DNA of 64,000 bases from Octopus sinensis (Eukaryota): NCBI RefSeq assembly GCF_006345805.1, contig NC_043009.1:47244001-47308000 (forward strand), written 5' to 3'. The notes beneath the pieces are model-generated. The model was not told the DNA's origin. It did no database searches and saw nothing but the letters and a program-made list of their open reading frames with translations. Shown here one piece after another: positions 1-14,564 of the stretch (position 1 is its first letter; each line of letters starts with the position of its first letter). Both the position numbers and the translations under genes were made by a program.

Positions 1-1269
1 GATGCAGAAAATCCTACCAACTGACAGTGAGGTATGTTCTGGTTAAATTATATATCATTTAGTATAAGATTTAAAATTGCATTAGCTTAGTGTAGTGTGT
101 TCAAACATAGCATAGTTTATCACTTTGGGTTAAAAGTGAAGTCAACTCTGGCTTTACATCACATCCTTCTAGGAATGGTAAAATAATTACTATATTGCAG
201 TTTTTGTACCTTTGTTAAATCAATATTTATATCTACATTTAAATTGATTTCTGATTGTCATCGGGTATTATATTTCTGGACATGTACACAGGTGTGTACG
301 TAGTACTGGTATATTTGACATAGAATTTATGTAAAAATCCTATGTTAAAACAAATACAATTTTTATGTAATTAATTAAATATACTTCACGATCCTTTATC
401 CAAAGTTCCAAATTCCAAAGCGTTTTCTTGTGAGAGAAACACTAATAGTAGAGAAATTTCTGAATGTATTCGGATTTTTAAAGCGATATGTTGTAGACAA
501 GCAGAAGTGAAAGTAATGTGTGGCTGTTATGAGGTTGACAGAATGGAGTAAAAGTCTAATATTTGTAGTATTCCTTGTATCACAGAAACAATGTGGTTCT
601 GAAAAATCTTGCTGCAAAGTGAAACAATTTTTCCATTGACGTTAGGAAGGGCATCCAACCATAGAAACTATGCCAAAGTAAATATTGGAGTGTGAGTTCT
701 TTGGATCATCAGCTCCTGTCAAACTGTCTAACCCATGTCGACATGGAAAAATGGACATTAAATGACGATGATTTTTGTGTTGCAAGGAGGTCAACGGGAA
801 ATTCATTTTGCATTCTGGAATTCCACATTACAGCAGGAATTTTTAGGAATGTAACACTTCTGTAATACAGGGGATGTTTGAAGGTGGGTTTGCTTTGGTT
901 AAAAGTGAAATGTTCTCACAAATCAGTTACATACGCAAAAGTGGGCTTGCAATAAATTTATATAAAATTACCTTCACAGAATATGTATCAACTGTTCTTT
1001 GAAATATAAATGGACAATGTGTTTAGATTTGGGTTCTGCATCCAAGCTTGCCCATTTTGTAAAGGCATATAACCATTCCAAAATGCCCCACAAAACGAAA
1101 TTTAAAACACAAATTCCAAGCACTTTGGATAAAAGATTGTCAACTATATAAACTGTTCTTTTGTCAGTTATTGTTTCGCTTGAATCCTCAATAACTTAAC
1201 CAGTTCTCTACTGTATCTGTTTATCACTTGGTTATATATTGAATCCTTCTTCATTCTTTGACAATTTAG

Positions 1270-1527
1270 CTCTCTATACTGAATGCTTACCAAGGTGACA
1301 AAGAAAACTTGGGAAATCCAGAAAAGTTCTATTTGTTGTTATCAAAAGTCCCCAACATTCATCTATGCATTGATGGCATGTTACTGAAGGAAGAGCGGAC
1401 AGTGTTAATGCAAACTCTAAAACCGAACATTGAAACTTTGAAGAAAACCTGTCAAGTTCTGATAGAAAACAAAAACCTTAAGGCTTTCTTTGCAATCAGT
1501 CTTGATGTTGGTAACTATATGAACTCT
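1270..1527 (+). CDS. formin FH2 exon (LSILNAYQGDKENLGNPEKF...GNYMNS)
   Basis: tttag acceptor, gtaagt donor, phase 0-0; overlaps ORF 1309..1554. Confidence 0.92.
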
Positions 1528-4500
1528 GTAAGTTATATTTTATTCCAGATCTAAGTAGGTTATCACCCAGTATTTTTAACATCTGTGACATTTGTTGATA
1601 TTTAGCTAAGAACTGAAAATAGTCAAATTTTGTAAGGAATCTTTGCAGTTCCAATACTTGATGAGAATAGCTGTCATAGTTACTGATGAGCCAAAACGTC
1701 TACAGCTATAAAAATATAATCCAGAAGTATTTAAGACATAAATAATATAAGCAATTCTTTCAGACACTTGCCATTACAATTTACATTCTCTTAAGATCCT
1801 TTGTCTAACATTGAGAAGGTTTTGTGCAGGATCAATTTGGATACTTAAACTTATTCTATCACTCAGTTTCATTGGATGCTTTTCACAGATCCCAGTTTTG
1901 AGATCAGTTTTCAAGTATTAAGACAACTTCTTTTCACAAATCACTAAGGTCTGGAGCAAAAGGCAGTGACCGGTCCTTTGCAGACCCTCCTATACTGGTT
2001 GAAATTGATGCCATTAATGTTTCTCTTAAATCTTTGTAAATCACCATGTGGGGAAAGACATGAGCAGAGAGGGAATTCCAGAGGGAAGACATTTGGGGAA
2101 GGAAGGACTGGAGACATAATGCTTATTGAAAGGTCTGGGACAGAGGGATTTAAATACAAGGATGAGTGAAGGAAAGACCAGTGGATCCAAAATAGCTAAA
2201 TTGTAATGGTAGGAGAGCAGCCAGCTCCTTAGAGCCGAGGCCATTATAGTGCTAGTAAAAAGGGCAGAGAGAATAGACAGCAAGTCTATAGGCCTGAAGT
2301 TGGGACATATCTGAGTAACTTTACACCAATCAGTCAAATGGCCCGCTTTTGAAGGTTTTCAAATAAATTTGAGCAGCAGCAGCATTGCTGTTGTAGATGA
2401 AAGAGCAATACTCCACTGTGAACATTCCTTACGTTTTGGGAAGTGTCAATAGAGAGTACTCTCCTTTGACTCTGGAAAGAAAGGTAGTCCGAGCTTTGTT
2501 AATGATGTACTTTTAACAGGCTAGATCATCAGAAATAGAGAGACCTAACAAACGAAGTAATTGTAAGGGTTCTAGTCGAGTGCTGGTCATGATAAAGGCA
2601 CTGATCTTCATTCTTTGACAAGGTTACGTAAAAATACGTTCTTGATTTAAAATATCTCAGATATTGGCAGCTTATATCCTAGCACAGACACAGTGATGTG
2701 GCCGTAGCCACAAAATCAGGTATTCAGCAAGTCAACCAATCAAATTGATGTATAATGTATATGTATGTAGATTTGTATATGTACCAAAAGACGTATTTCA
2801 ATCTTTAAAGTTTTCTTCTTCAAATCATTTAATCTTTACAGTTTTCTTTTAATACTAATATCTCCAAAACATGAATGTAATTTTTATAATTAAGATACAA
2901 AACTACAACAGAGTAGAATCCCCCACACACACACACACAAAAAAAAAAGCTATCTTTTATTTGTTTCGGTTATTAAACTATGGCAATGCTGGGGCACTGC
3001 CTTGCAGGATTATTAGTTGAAGGAATCGATCCCAGTACTTAAAAAAAAAAGACTGGTTTTTATCCTATCGGTCTCCGTTGCTGAACTGTTAAATTTCGGG
3101 GACGTAAACAAACGCTGGTTATCAAGCAGTAGCGGGATACACACACACAAATATAAGGAGCTTCTTTCAGTTTCCGTCTACAAAATCCACTCACAAGGTT
3201 TTGATCAGCCCGACGCTATAGTAGAAGATACTTGCCTAAGGTGCCACGCAGTGGTACTGAACCCGGAACCATGTGGTTCGTAAGCAAGCTTCTCTACCAC
3301 ACAGCCACACCTGCACCCATGTAACAAAATCAAAAGCGTCCTATTTGGATCTATAAATTACTCTTACAGTACAGACATATCGAATCTTTTTTTGTAAATG
3401 TAACTTTGAAAGAATCCTTCCATGAAAGGATATCAATATTTGTAATTCTCCATTAAACTCAATTTGTTATTCTTTCCAGGGACGTTTTGCAGGGAATGCT
3501 GTTGGTTTTGAAATTAGTTCTGCTCTAAAACTCTTCAAGGAAACTAAATCAAATGAGACAGGTGTTACGTTATTACATTTCCTTGTCAATCAAGCGGAGG
3601 AATCCAATAATTTCTTGTTTGTCGAAGAACTCCAGCCTGTAATAAACAGTGCAAGCAAGTAGGTCGCTTTATTCTAATTTAGACTATCCATTCTCCCCTT
3701 TCTCTTTTATTCTTTACTTAAACTATTATGATTTATTCTCACTACTTCCAGTCTGTTTATCCAATAACGCTAGTAAACACTCTTTTTTTTCTATCAGAAA
3801 GTATTCTACCCAAAATATTATACTTCTCTTATTCCTTATCATCATCATCATCTTTAATTAACGTCTATTTTCCATCTGGAAAATTTTGTCAAAGAATGAA
3901 AAAGGATTCAATGTATAACCAAGTGATTAGCAGATACAGTAGAGAACTGGTTAAGTTATTGAGGATTCAAGCGAAACAATAACTGACAAAAGAACAGTTT
4001 ATATAGTTGACAGTCTTATAGTTCGACTGTTCAACAGGAGCTGGCAAGCAAACTCCAATGTTGCTTTAGCATGGTTAACCCCTTACCCGGCAGAAACGAA
4101 TATATGCATTTTGACCGAAATCGTTTTTTCTCTATCTCTGGCGAGTTAACTCGTCAAAAGATAGACTCGCCAAAACATAGTAAAATAAAACAATTAAAAA
4201 ATATGCCTGAAAAAATACATTTACTTTCAAAATAATTGTTGGGTAAGGGGTTAAACATATCCATGTGTGTATCCGTCATGCGCTGAAAAAGTATCCGACT
4301 TCATTTTTTCCTGCCCAAACTAATACTTCGTGGGCAAAAGTCTTTGGGTGAGAATGACAACACCCTTCCTGCGTAAACCAGAAAATTGTCGCACCGATAG
4401 GCCTCGTCAGTTCCCGACTGTTAATCCTAGAGAATAGACGTGTAGTGCGCGCTCGTCGGGTTTTCGTTTTCAAGGTGCACGTCGAGCAAAAGCTTGGTGA

Positions 4501-7500
4501 TACTCAAGCTCAAACCATCCAAAAGACTCGGCATTCCTTTGAGGATGATGCCATGCCCGCCTCAAATAAATAAGAGTGGTATACCTGCTTCAGATAAGGC
4601 TGCACTTCAGTGGAGAGCGAGGAACACTCAGGCAGGCCATCCACAAGCCAAAACAAAGAGCCCATTGAGAAGGTTCGGCAAATAATCATGGAAGAACGTC
4701 ATGTAACAATCCAGGAAATCGCTCACGAAGTGGGAATAAGTACAGGTTCAGTACATTCCATTTTGATGGAGGATTTGTGCATGCGGGGAGTGTCGGCGAA
4801 ATTTATCCCCAAGGCACTGTCGGAGAAGCGAAGCAATTCCGCATGGAAACTGCTCAGGACATGCTGGAACATGATTCATATTTCATGAAGGTCATCATCA
4901 TTGGTAATGAGACATGGGCTTCTGGTCTCTGTTCGATGCGTTCGGTCATCTTATCTGAAAATCGAAATTCGACGAGCGTACACTATACATCTGTACTCTA
5001 TACGTAACAACCGGGGACTGCAGGCGCAGAAATTCTTATGCGTGCGCAGGAGGGGTGGCATCACCTCTCACTCACAGATTTTGCTGGCGTGGCATAAGTT
5101 TCGGCAGGGATAAATTGTCTCATGCTTTTTTAGCGCACTTAGTATATGTGTATATACACTTGAATATGGAGAGTGTCTCCTTGTCTTGACACCACATGAT
5201 GGTTGTATACCTATTTCTTTATTACCCACAAGGGGCTAAACACAGAGGTGACAAACAAGGACAGACAAACGGATTAAGTCGATTACATCGATCCTAGTGC
5301 GTAACTGGTACTTAATTTATCGACCCCGAAAGGATGAAAGGCAAAGTCGACCTCGGCAGAATTTGAACTCTCAACGTAACGGCAGACGAAATACCGCTAA
5401 GCATTTCGCCCGGCGTGCTAACGTTTCTGCCAGCTCGCTGCCTTTTTGTATACAAGATTTACTATCATACCAATACTGTCCTTCATTCCCAATCCGTATA
5501 AATATACTGTATCTGGCCATGTAAGAAACGTTACTTTGCTTGGAAACAGGTGAGAGCATTCACATGTAGAAAATCTACCTCAATGAATTCAGTATAAGCA
5601 TGGCGAAGTAGACATTAAAACGATAGTGGCTTTATACTGACATTGCATAAATTCCTACAACAAAATTGTAGGACGATTATAACCAGCCGACTTCATGATT
5701 TGATTTTGCCAATTACTAGTTAGTTGACCCAATTACCATAGAAAGAATATTAGAAAGTTCTATTTTTAGTATTACTGTTTACCCCCCTGTAGTTATTAGT
5801 AATGGCGCTATAGTACATGGATACCTCGTGTCTTTTGGATTTGCTTGCAATAACATCTGATAATTTCCCGGTTAATCCAATTGAAATAAAGCTGGAGTAT
5901 GAAGACACCGCAAACGAGAGCTGTCAACTGTTTCACTCAAATATATCAAGCAAGAAAAGAAATCAACTTTATTCACCGCGAAGGAATTAGCTCACTCTAG
6001 AATATAAGGGAGGTAATTCTAATGTTATAAATTTAGGAGCCCAGATGAACTATAATTGGACATAGTAAAGTTGATCGAAGCGCAATCACAATTTATCAAA
6101 ATCATTTAGTAGTATGTGTGCGTGTGTGTATTTTCATATATTCGAACTATCGTGGAGGCGCAATGGCCCAGTGGTTAGGGCAGCGGACTCGCGGTCATAG
6201 GATCGCGGTTTCGATTCCCAGACCGGGCGTTGTGTGTGTTTATTGAGCGAAAACACCTAAAGCTCCACGAGGCTCTGGCAGGGGATGGTGGTGATCCCTG
6301 CTGTACTCTTTCACCACAACTGTCTCTCACTCTTACTTCCTGTTTCTGTTGTACCTGTATTTCAAAGGGCCGGCCTTGTCACTCTCTGTGTCACGCTGAA
6401 TATCCCCGAGAACTACGTTAATGGTACACGTGTCTGTGGAGTGCTCAGCCACTTACACGTTAATTTCACGAGCAGGCTGTTCCGTTGATTCGGATCAACC
6501 GGAACCCTCATCGTCGTAACCGACGGAGTGCTTCCATTCGAACTATCAGTTGGTCTGTTCAGAATTCAATAATATTTACTCGTGTAAGTCGCATTCAATT
6601 TTTTTATTTGCTCCTTATAGTTTTAGATTTGTCTTGTGCATAAGTCGCATTCCAGTTTTTTCAGTTAAAATCATGTACTATATAGTGAAATTTGTATATA
6701 AGTAAATACGGTGCATTACAGGAAATATTGGCGATGTTTCGTATGTCGTAGATCAGATTTCCGTCGATTTCCGTAAAAAATTTTTATTTTTTTACATAAG
6801 TAATGAGAGCGAAAGAGACTAAGAGGAAGCGATTTTACGACGATAAGGTTTCACTTTGAAGTCGGCCTGTGTGCGTTTGATGGGGTGTGGGAGACAGACA
6901 GTATGTTGTGTAAGTGAAGTGCTTCTGTTAGTGTGTGTGAAGAGACAGAGAGAGTAATGTGTGAAAGAGAGATAACTGATTTTTTACTCGGTGTATGTGT
7001 ATATGTATGTATGCATGTATGTGTGTGTGTGTGTGTATGTATCTATGTATGTGTGTGTGTGTAAGTATGTGTGTGTGTATGTATGTATGTATGTATGGCC
7101 GAAAGAGGGTGGGACATTGAAATTGTAGCAGTCGTTTTGATAGTGATTCCTTTGGTTGTTCTGTTGATGACAACTGATGTGCTTGCTTATATTAAGACCC
7201 AGAAGGATAGATATATCATTGAGAACAATAAATTTAGTTGATTTAGCTTATGGTGTACTAGAAGAGGTTAGAAAGGGTCAAGTGGTGAAGACATTATTTC
7301 GGCCTAGCTAAGGCATCTGGAAAATGTAAAACTGCTGCCAGAGAATAACGATTCGCGACACATAAAACAAAAAGGTTAAAAAAATATTTTTTTTCTTTTA
7401 CTTGTTTTAGTCATTAGACGGCGTCCATACTGGAGTGCTTATTTTTTTAAAGTCTGGTACTCGTTCTATCGGACTTCTTTTGCCGAACTGCTAAGTTATT

Positions 7501-10500
7501 TATTTTTTAAATGGCATCATTGAAATAAAAGAACAGTGGTGTGGGCTAAGTCGGTGGAGCGTTCGACAAAAAGCCACGCGCTCTTTTAGCTGTGTGTCCG
7601 AGGGAATTTCGAGTTGAGAATTTTTAGGGATATGTTTCCTTGCTTCAGTCAATAGATTGCGGTCAAGCTGGGGCACTGCCTTGTTGAAAAAATAGTCTTT
7701 CTTCTTCCAACGTAATTACAAGTGTTCCAGAATATGGAATAATTCCTTAAAATAACGAAAGATAACGAAAAAAAAAAAAATTCATTTTAATTGTGGCAGT
7801 TATTCCGAAGGAGCGATGGTGGGAGGGGGCAAGTTTGTAAAAACATGAATTTTTGAAAATTTTTTGTTACAGTGCAAATTACAGTGCAAATTAATCGCCA
7901 TATGGGTGATCCTTCGGTATTGATCTGCATGAATGTCAGTCATTTACTCTCTTTATCAGCTTAGTCCCTTTCTCTGTCATTATTGAAAATTGTGTGGTGT
8001 GAATGTCTACCAATACCGAAAGATTGCTTTACAGGTGTTTTAGATTGTCTTACATGTGTTTTCTTGTAAAAATGACAGCAAAAAAATAGCGAGAAAAATT
8101 GAAGAAATTCCATTTTGTGTGAGACAGTTATTCGGAACGAAATTCTATCGTGTGCCTTAAACATTTTGAGTTCAAATCCCGCACGGTCGAATTTGCTGTT
8201 CGTCATTTCGGGGCTCGATAAGATAGAGTACCAAGAGTACCAATCAAGTACTGGGGTAATCGATTGCTGTGCTCTTCTCAGGAGCCATAAACAAATACAC
8301 GTTGTCAGTTGACGTAAACGGTACCAGAACCGTAACATCGCCTACTTTTCTAGTGCATAGTTTTCTAGTGTATATATATATATATATATATATATTGATT
8401 GATTGATTGATTGATTCTAGTTTCAGCTCATGAGCTGAGGCCATGCTGGGGCACCGCCATTTGGTGTTGCTACATGGTTTTACTTCACGAATGCTTTTTA
8501 GCAACTGCCATTTGGTGCATGAGAGAGTTCGATGCAGCTGTCCTCATCTGCACCTCCTGCCGTGAAGTTGGTTCATCTGGGATACCTGACAGGAAGAGAT
8601 CCAGTTTCATTTTAAAGACATCTGCATCCACCCCATGCAGGTCTCTAGGTTCTTCGGGAGGATATTGAAGAGCTGTGGGCCTCGGAAGCCCAGGCTATCA
8701 CAGTATCTTGTCCTACATCTTGATGGCAAATTTGGAGTCCTAGGCACCACGCAGTGGCGCCCAGTTCTGGCATTTGTGTAACTCTCGATGCCAAAGTTCA
8801 GGACACTTCCCTCCAGGAGCTTCCAGATGTATATTATGGCATATCTTTCCCGCCTACGCTCCAGGGAATATAATTTTAATCTCTTGAGTCTTTCCCAGTA
8901 GCTTACATTCTGCATAGAGGCTATCTTCTTCGTGTAGCTTCGTTGGATCGCCTCAAGTTCTGTGATCAACTTGACACTGGATGGTGACCATAGCTGAGAG
9001 CATAGTCAAAGTGGCTTAAGACAAGTGTCTTCCAGAGGACCATCATGGTTTCTTGTTCTCTTGTTCTAAAGGTTCTAAGAATCCAGCCAGCCAGCCGTCC
9101 GTCTACATTTCATCGTCATTTTAGCAACATGTACATGAAAGGTCACGTCATCACTCATGTGAATACCCAGGTCACGCACTGATTGTGCCTCTGGGATTGC
9201 AATCCCTCCGGGTCCAGTGTATTCATTGGGTATTGCATTCAGTTTTGCATGCTGATAGTATAAAGCTTGAAACTTTCCAGCATTGAACTGCATGCTATTC
9301 TTTTCAGCCCACTTGTATATTTCGTCCAGCTCACATTGCAGGTGTTTAGTGTCCTCAGGGTTCTGTATTGCCTGTGAAACTTTTGTATCATCTGCATAAC
9401 TTGTGATCGTGACTCTCTGCGTGGCTGAGGGCATGTCTGAGAGGGCCATTATGAACAGTAGTGGTCCCAGAACAGTGCCCTGCGGAACACCGCTCACTAT
9501 TTGTGTGTTAATGGAGGTGGCCCCATTGGCTACTACCACCTGACTTCTATCCTTCAGAAAGTCATGAAGCCATTCTCCCAGTTTTCCAACTATGTTGAGA
9601 TCACGCAGTTTGTGACATATCATTCCATGATCGACTTTATCAAAGGCCTTTGCAAAGTCGAGATATATCACTTCCACATTTGAGTGGTTGAGCAGCCGTT
9701 TCAGCACCCAGTCATAGTGTTGTAGGAGCTGAGTTAAACAGCTTCTCCCTGGTCGGAAACCATGTTGGGTGTCGGGCAGCAAGTCATTCTCTTCAAGGAA
9801 GGTGATCAGCTTCCTTCTGACTATTCGTTCCATGACCTTGCTGATGTGTGAGGTCAGAGAGATAGGTCTATAGTTCTTGGCTTCCGCTCTGCTACCTCCT
9901 TTATGAATGGGGCATATTTTACCTTCCTTCAGTTTTCCTGGAAGTTTGCCAGCTGCAAGGAAGCTCTGAAAGAGGAACTGCAGTGGTCTTGCTAGGACTC
10001 TCTTACATGCTTTTAGGAGGATTGCCGGGAATCCATCGGGGCCAGTAGCTGAGTCTGTTTTCATTTCATCTATAGCCTTCGTTACATCGTCTTCCTTTAT
10101 ATCGATGTAATCTATCGTCGCCGCCTCTGATTTTATATCTGCAGTGGTAAAAAAGTCAGTTGGATTGGTGATTTGGAGATGCCCAAGGGGTGGAGTGAAA
10201 ACACTCTTGAATTGCTCATTCAGTATTTCACTTACCCTCATTGGTTTTCCTGTAAGTGTGCCATCCTTTTCGAGGAGTGGCCCTATTCTACAGTGCACTG
10301 TAGCTGTTTCTTTGGCATACCTGTAGAAAGCTCTGGGTTAGATTTTATGATTTCTATAGCCCAGGTTTCTTTGTCTGCTCTTTCTTTTTCATGGGAGAGT
10401 TGCAGACATTTTTCGATTTCCAACAGTTTTTTTTTTAGGCGGGACTTTTCACTGCTTTCAATCTGTTTGTTTAGGCGATTTGAAAATTTCGTACGCCGTC

Positions 10501-13446
10501 TCATTAAAATTTTCCTCTCTCTGGGGATTTTGTTCTTGTGTACAGTGGCTTTCTCTCTGGGACACATTTGTAGCATATGGCTTGCATTACAGACATGAAT
10601 TGTTGAAGTTTCACGTCGATGTCTGGCGAGGAGAGACATTTAGGCCAGTTTTGTTTGAGGATCTCTTTCTCAATTTGTTTCCAGTTTGCCTTATGGTAGT
10701 TCAAGCTGGAAAGATTTTGAGGGTTTCTGTAGGCTGCATGTCCGTGCTCTCTTTTGGCCCGTACATGGTCAGCTCTATCATGTTGTGATCCGAGAGTAGT
10801 GTCGGTGTCACTTTCACATTATGGATGAGATCCATTTGTCATTTGTGAAGCAGAGATCCAGTGTGTTACCTGCCCTGGTTGGTTGGAGTATTACCTGCTC
10901 CATGTACAGGGTGTTGATGAGGTTCAGGAGGGACCTCGCCTGTCCTCGTTCACATCTTGTCATTCCTGGGAGAGAAAGGCCCTCGGGCCATCTGACATTG
11001 GGCAGATTGAAGTCTCCCATAAGAAGCACACCTATGTGTTGTTCTAATGTGGTTAGAATTTCTTCTATTTTTATAAGGCAATCTTCAAACTTGCCCACAT
11101 GGCTTGGGGCATCTGGAGGGCGATATGTAGCACACACAACTACATCAAGTTGCCTAATATGTACAATTAGTGTGTCACACACCGAGTTTGAGTATGACAA
11201 GAGGACCTGGGGTGTGAGGTCCTCCCGGATGTACATAGCAACCACTCCATGACTCCTTTCTTTCCTGTCGGTCCGTAGTACAGCATACTGTGGTATATGT
11301 AACTCCGCATCTGCTATGTCCGGTTTCAGGTGCGTTTCCGTAAGTGCTATGCATAAGGCTTGATTGCATGCAACAAAGTCTCTCAGGAACGGGATCTTTG
11401 TCCTGTTACTGAGTGTTTGCAGTCCTCTGATGTTCAGTAGGAGCATCGAGGTGAGGTGTACGTTGTTGCCGGCGGTGTCCATCCTGTGTCTGTTTGCTGT
11501 GGTGGTCTGGTATATAGTGGGTAGTCCCACCTGCGGGCTTGGGTTTGATGAAGCCAGGTCAGCTGCTGTACAATCTTTTGTGCCATGCACAAAAAAGATT
11601 GTTGCTCAGCAGCTGCTCTTTCGACAACATCATGTTGGTGGTTTGTGGCGCGCACAACATCTGCGTACCTCCGCTTTGGGGCAGGTGGTGCGTGGTCCAT
11701 GGTTTGTCCATCTGCCTCGTGTCTCTGTGGCAGGGTCCCCGATGTGCAAATATGCTACAATTTCAATGTCCCACCCTCTTTCGGCCATACATACATACAT
11801 ACATACACACACACATACTTACACACACACATACATAGATACATACACACACACACACACACATACATGCATACATACATATACACATACACCGAGTAAA
11901 AAATCAGTTATCTCTCTCTTTCACACATTACTCTCTCTGTCTCTTCGCACACACTAACAGAAGCACTTCACTTACACAACATACTGTCTGTCTCCCACAC
12001 CCCATCAAACGCACACAGGCCGACTTCAAAGTGAAACCTTATCGTCGTAAAATCGCTTCCTCTTAGTCTCTTTCGCTCTCATTACTTATGTAAAAAAATA
12101 AAAGTTTTTTACGGAAATCGACGGAAATCTGTGCTACTACAACCGAAACTATGCCTTTAATCTAAAAATCCTGAATGCGTAGCCTGTGTTGTGTCTGGAA
12201 AGATAGTCACTCATCTGCTATTCATTGTAAAATGAAAGAAATTAGAATACGATGATTACTTAATGCACTTTATATATACACTTTATATACTTTAGACACC
12301 ATTTTATAGACTTTAGACACCATTTTATACACAGCACTCATAAAATAAATATTCACTCTTTCTCATAAACAAAAGAAATCCCGTACATATGATATAGCCT
12401 TTACTTAAATTGCGTATATCTGCCACTTAATTAGGCGTGAATATTTCACGGAATTGCACTTATGCGTTAAGTGATAGGTGATATAAAAAAAAGTTAATTA
12501 AATTTTAAGCAATAGCACTTTTCACTATCCAATCGCCACCACCTCGATCTCTATCATCATCCTTCTCTCTCCCTCTCTCTTTCCTCTTTCCCTTCACTCT
12601 CTCTCTGTCTTTCTTTAACCTCACCATCTGAACATTACCCCTCTACTGAAATATCTTTAACTCTCCTCTATACCATCACTACCTTCAACTAGTTTTTTTT
12701 TTTTTTAACCACATAATAAAAATTACGTTCCCTTTACCTCATGTCATTGACGCTTCTCTCTGCCTCTTTTCGTCTCGCTCTCTTTTTCTCTAATCACACG
12801 AAACCGTTACCGACGGGCTAAGTAACGAAACGACAAGCAGAATTATATATAATAGACATATAATAAGTATTAAAGATACTTATCATAAGATATATAATCA
12901 GTATTGAAATAGGGCTACATCGTCATGTTTTATTAAAATACAGTTTTGTTTTTCATTAAAATGTAGAAAGCTTTAACATTTACATATGTGTGTCATGTTT
13001 ATGTTAAGTCTAAAAACCCGTTTTTAAACAGTAAACAAAAACACTCACGCTCGCTCACACACACTTATTTATGCAATTTCCGATGGCTTGAGATAATATA
13101 TTGTACAACATTTTAGTTTTGAAATAAAATATTTTTTAAAAAAACCTGGCAACATAACCTTTTTCACTGTGACCGATTTTCAATATTTCAGATAATTACT
13201 TAGAAATGTGGTTAATTGTTCGATCAAGCAACTGTTTTTGATCAATTTTATCATTTGTTTGTTTCAGTCATTGAACTGTGGTCACTGCCTTGAAGGGTTT
13301 ATTCAAACAAATCTATCCCTGTACTTTTTTTTTTACAGTTTAGTACTTATTTTCATTTGCCAAACTGCTAAATTATGGGGAATAAACAAACCAACACCAG
13401 TTGTCAGACACTGGCGGTGGGGAACAAACACGAGTGTGTAAATAAA

Positions 13447-13484
<38 letters not shown>

Positions 13485-14527
13485 ATGGGAAGGTTTACGA
13501 AAACAAACAAAAGACAAAGGCAGGTGGAGTACAAACAAACAAATGCATTATTATGGCGCTCAGGAATAGAAATAGAACAATTCTTTTACGTTTCGAGAAA
13601 AAAATGCATGTAGGAGCTAACGATCTATCATGTATATATACAAACAGATAGATATAAAGAGTTAGATATATACATACATACCTACATGTATTACAACAAA
13701 AATTTTATATCTTGTACATAGTTGCCCAAGGTTTCGCATCCACAAATGCTGTGTGTGTGTGTATATATATATATGCACACATGACAGGCTTCTTCCAGTT
13801 TCTGTCTACCAAATCCACTCACAAGACTTTGGTCATTCTGAGGTTATAGAAGAAGACACTTGCTGAAGGTACGACACAGTGGGACTGAACTCAAAACCTT
13901 TCTTGTACCTAGCAAACATCTTACCACAGTGCCATGCTAATTAATTTTTTTTAACCATGTTTTTATTGAATTGACATCAAACATCCACCCTGTGCTTTTT
14001 TAAAATAGTAAACTACGAATTGAGAGACATTTAGCTGCCAGGTTGGACGACTTCACTGTGGGTTAAATATTAATTTGTGTAAAAAATACACTTATAAGTA
14101 GTATTATCCTCCAGTGCATTTGTCATCCATGTCCATTAGTGTGACTGTGTCTATAAACCTGATGGTTAGTTTAATAAAGTCCTTTTACAATGTTCAACAG
14201 GAGTGGCTGTGTGGTAAGTAACTTGCTTAGCAACCACATGGTTCCGGGTTCAGTCCCACTGAGTGGCACCTTGGGCAAGTGTCTTTTACTATAGCCTCGG
14301 GGTGACCAAAGACTGGTGAGTAGATTTAGTAGACAGAAACTGAAAGAAGCCTGTCGTATATGTGTGTGTGTGTGTGTTTGTCCCCTCACCATCACTTGAC
14401 AATCGATGCTGGGGTGTGTATGTCACCATAACTTAGCGGTTCGGTCAAATAAATCAATAAAATAAGTACTAGGCTTCCAAAGAATGTCTTGTATATATAA
14501 TACTGTATATATGTATATATAATAGTG

Positions 14528-14564
<37 letters not shown>

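Noticed and set aside
1667-1710. Hammerhead-like CTGATGAG..AAAACGTC enclosed by ATAGCTGT/ACAGCTAT
   Set aside because: Stem II has no partner and GAAA is absent; at most a decayed relic.
6152-6225. tRNA-like sequence (similar heads at 31080, 35541, 52801)
   Set aside because: SINE heads: A/B boxes run on into core and tail, TSDs are present, and there is no intact cloverleaf.
6570-6702. Possible pogo/Tc2-type MITE remnant (ATTTACTCGTGTAAGTCGCA..AAGTAAATACGGT)
   Set aside because: Termini too degenerate to call with confidence.
11364-11957. Plus-strand ORFs overlapping the LINE (also 10173, 10480, 10821)
   Set aside because: Antisense shadows of LINE coding sequence running into CA microsatellite.
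13480-13620. Minus-strand CTCGAAACGT..TTCCTGAGCG, like a PLE pseudo-LTR ribozyme
   Set aside because: The CUGANGA half is missing; fragment only.
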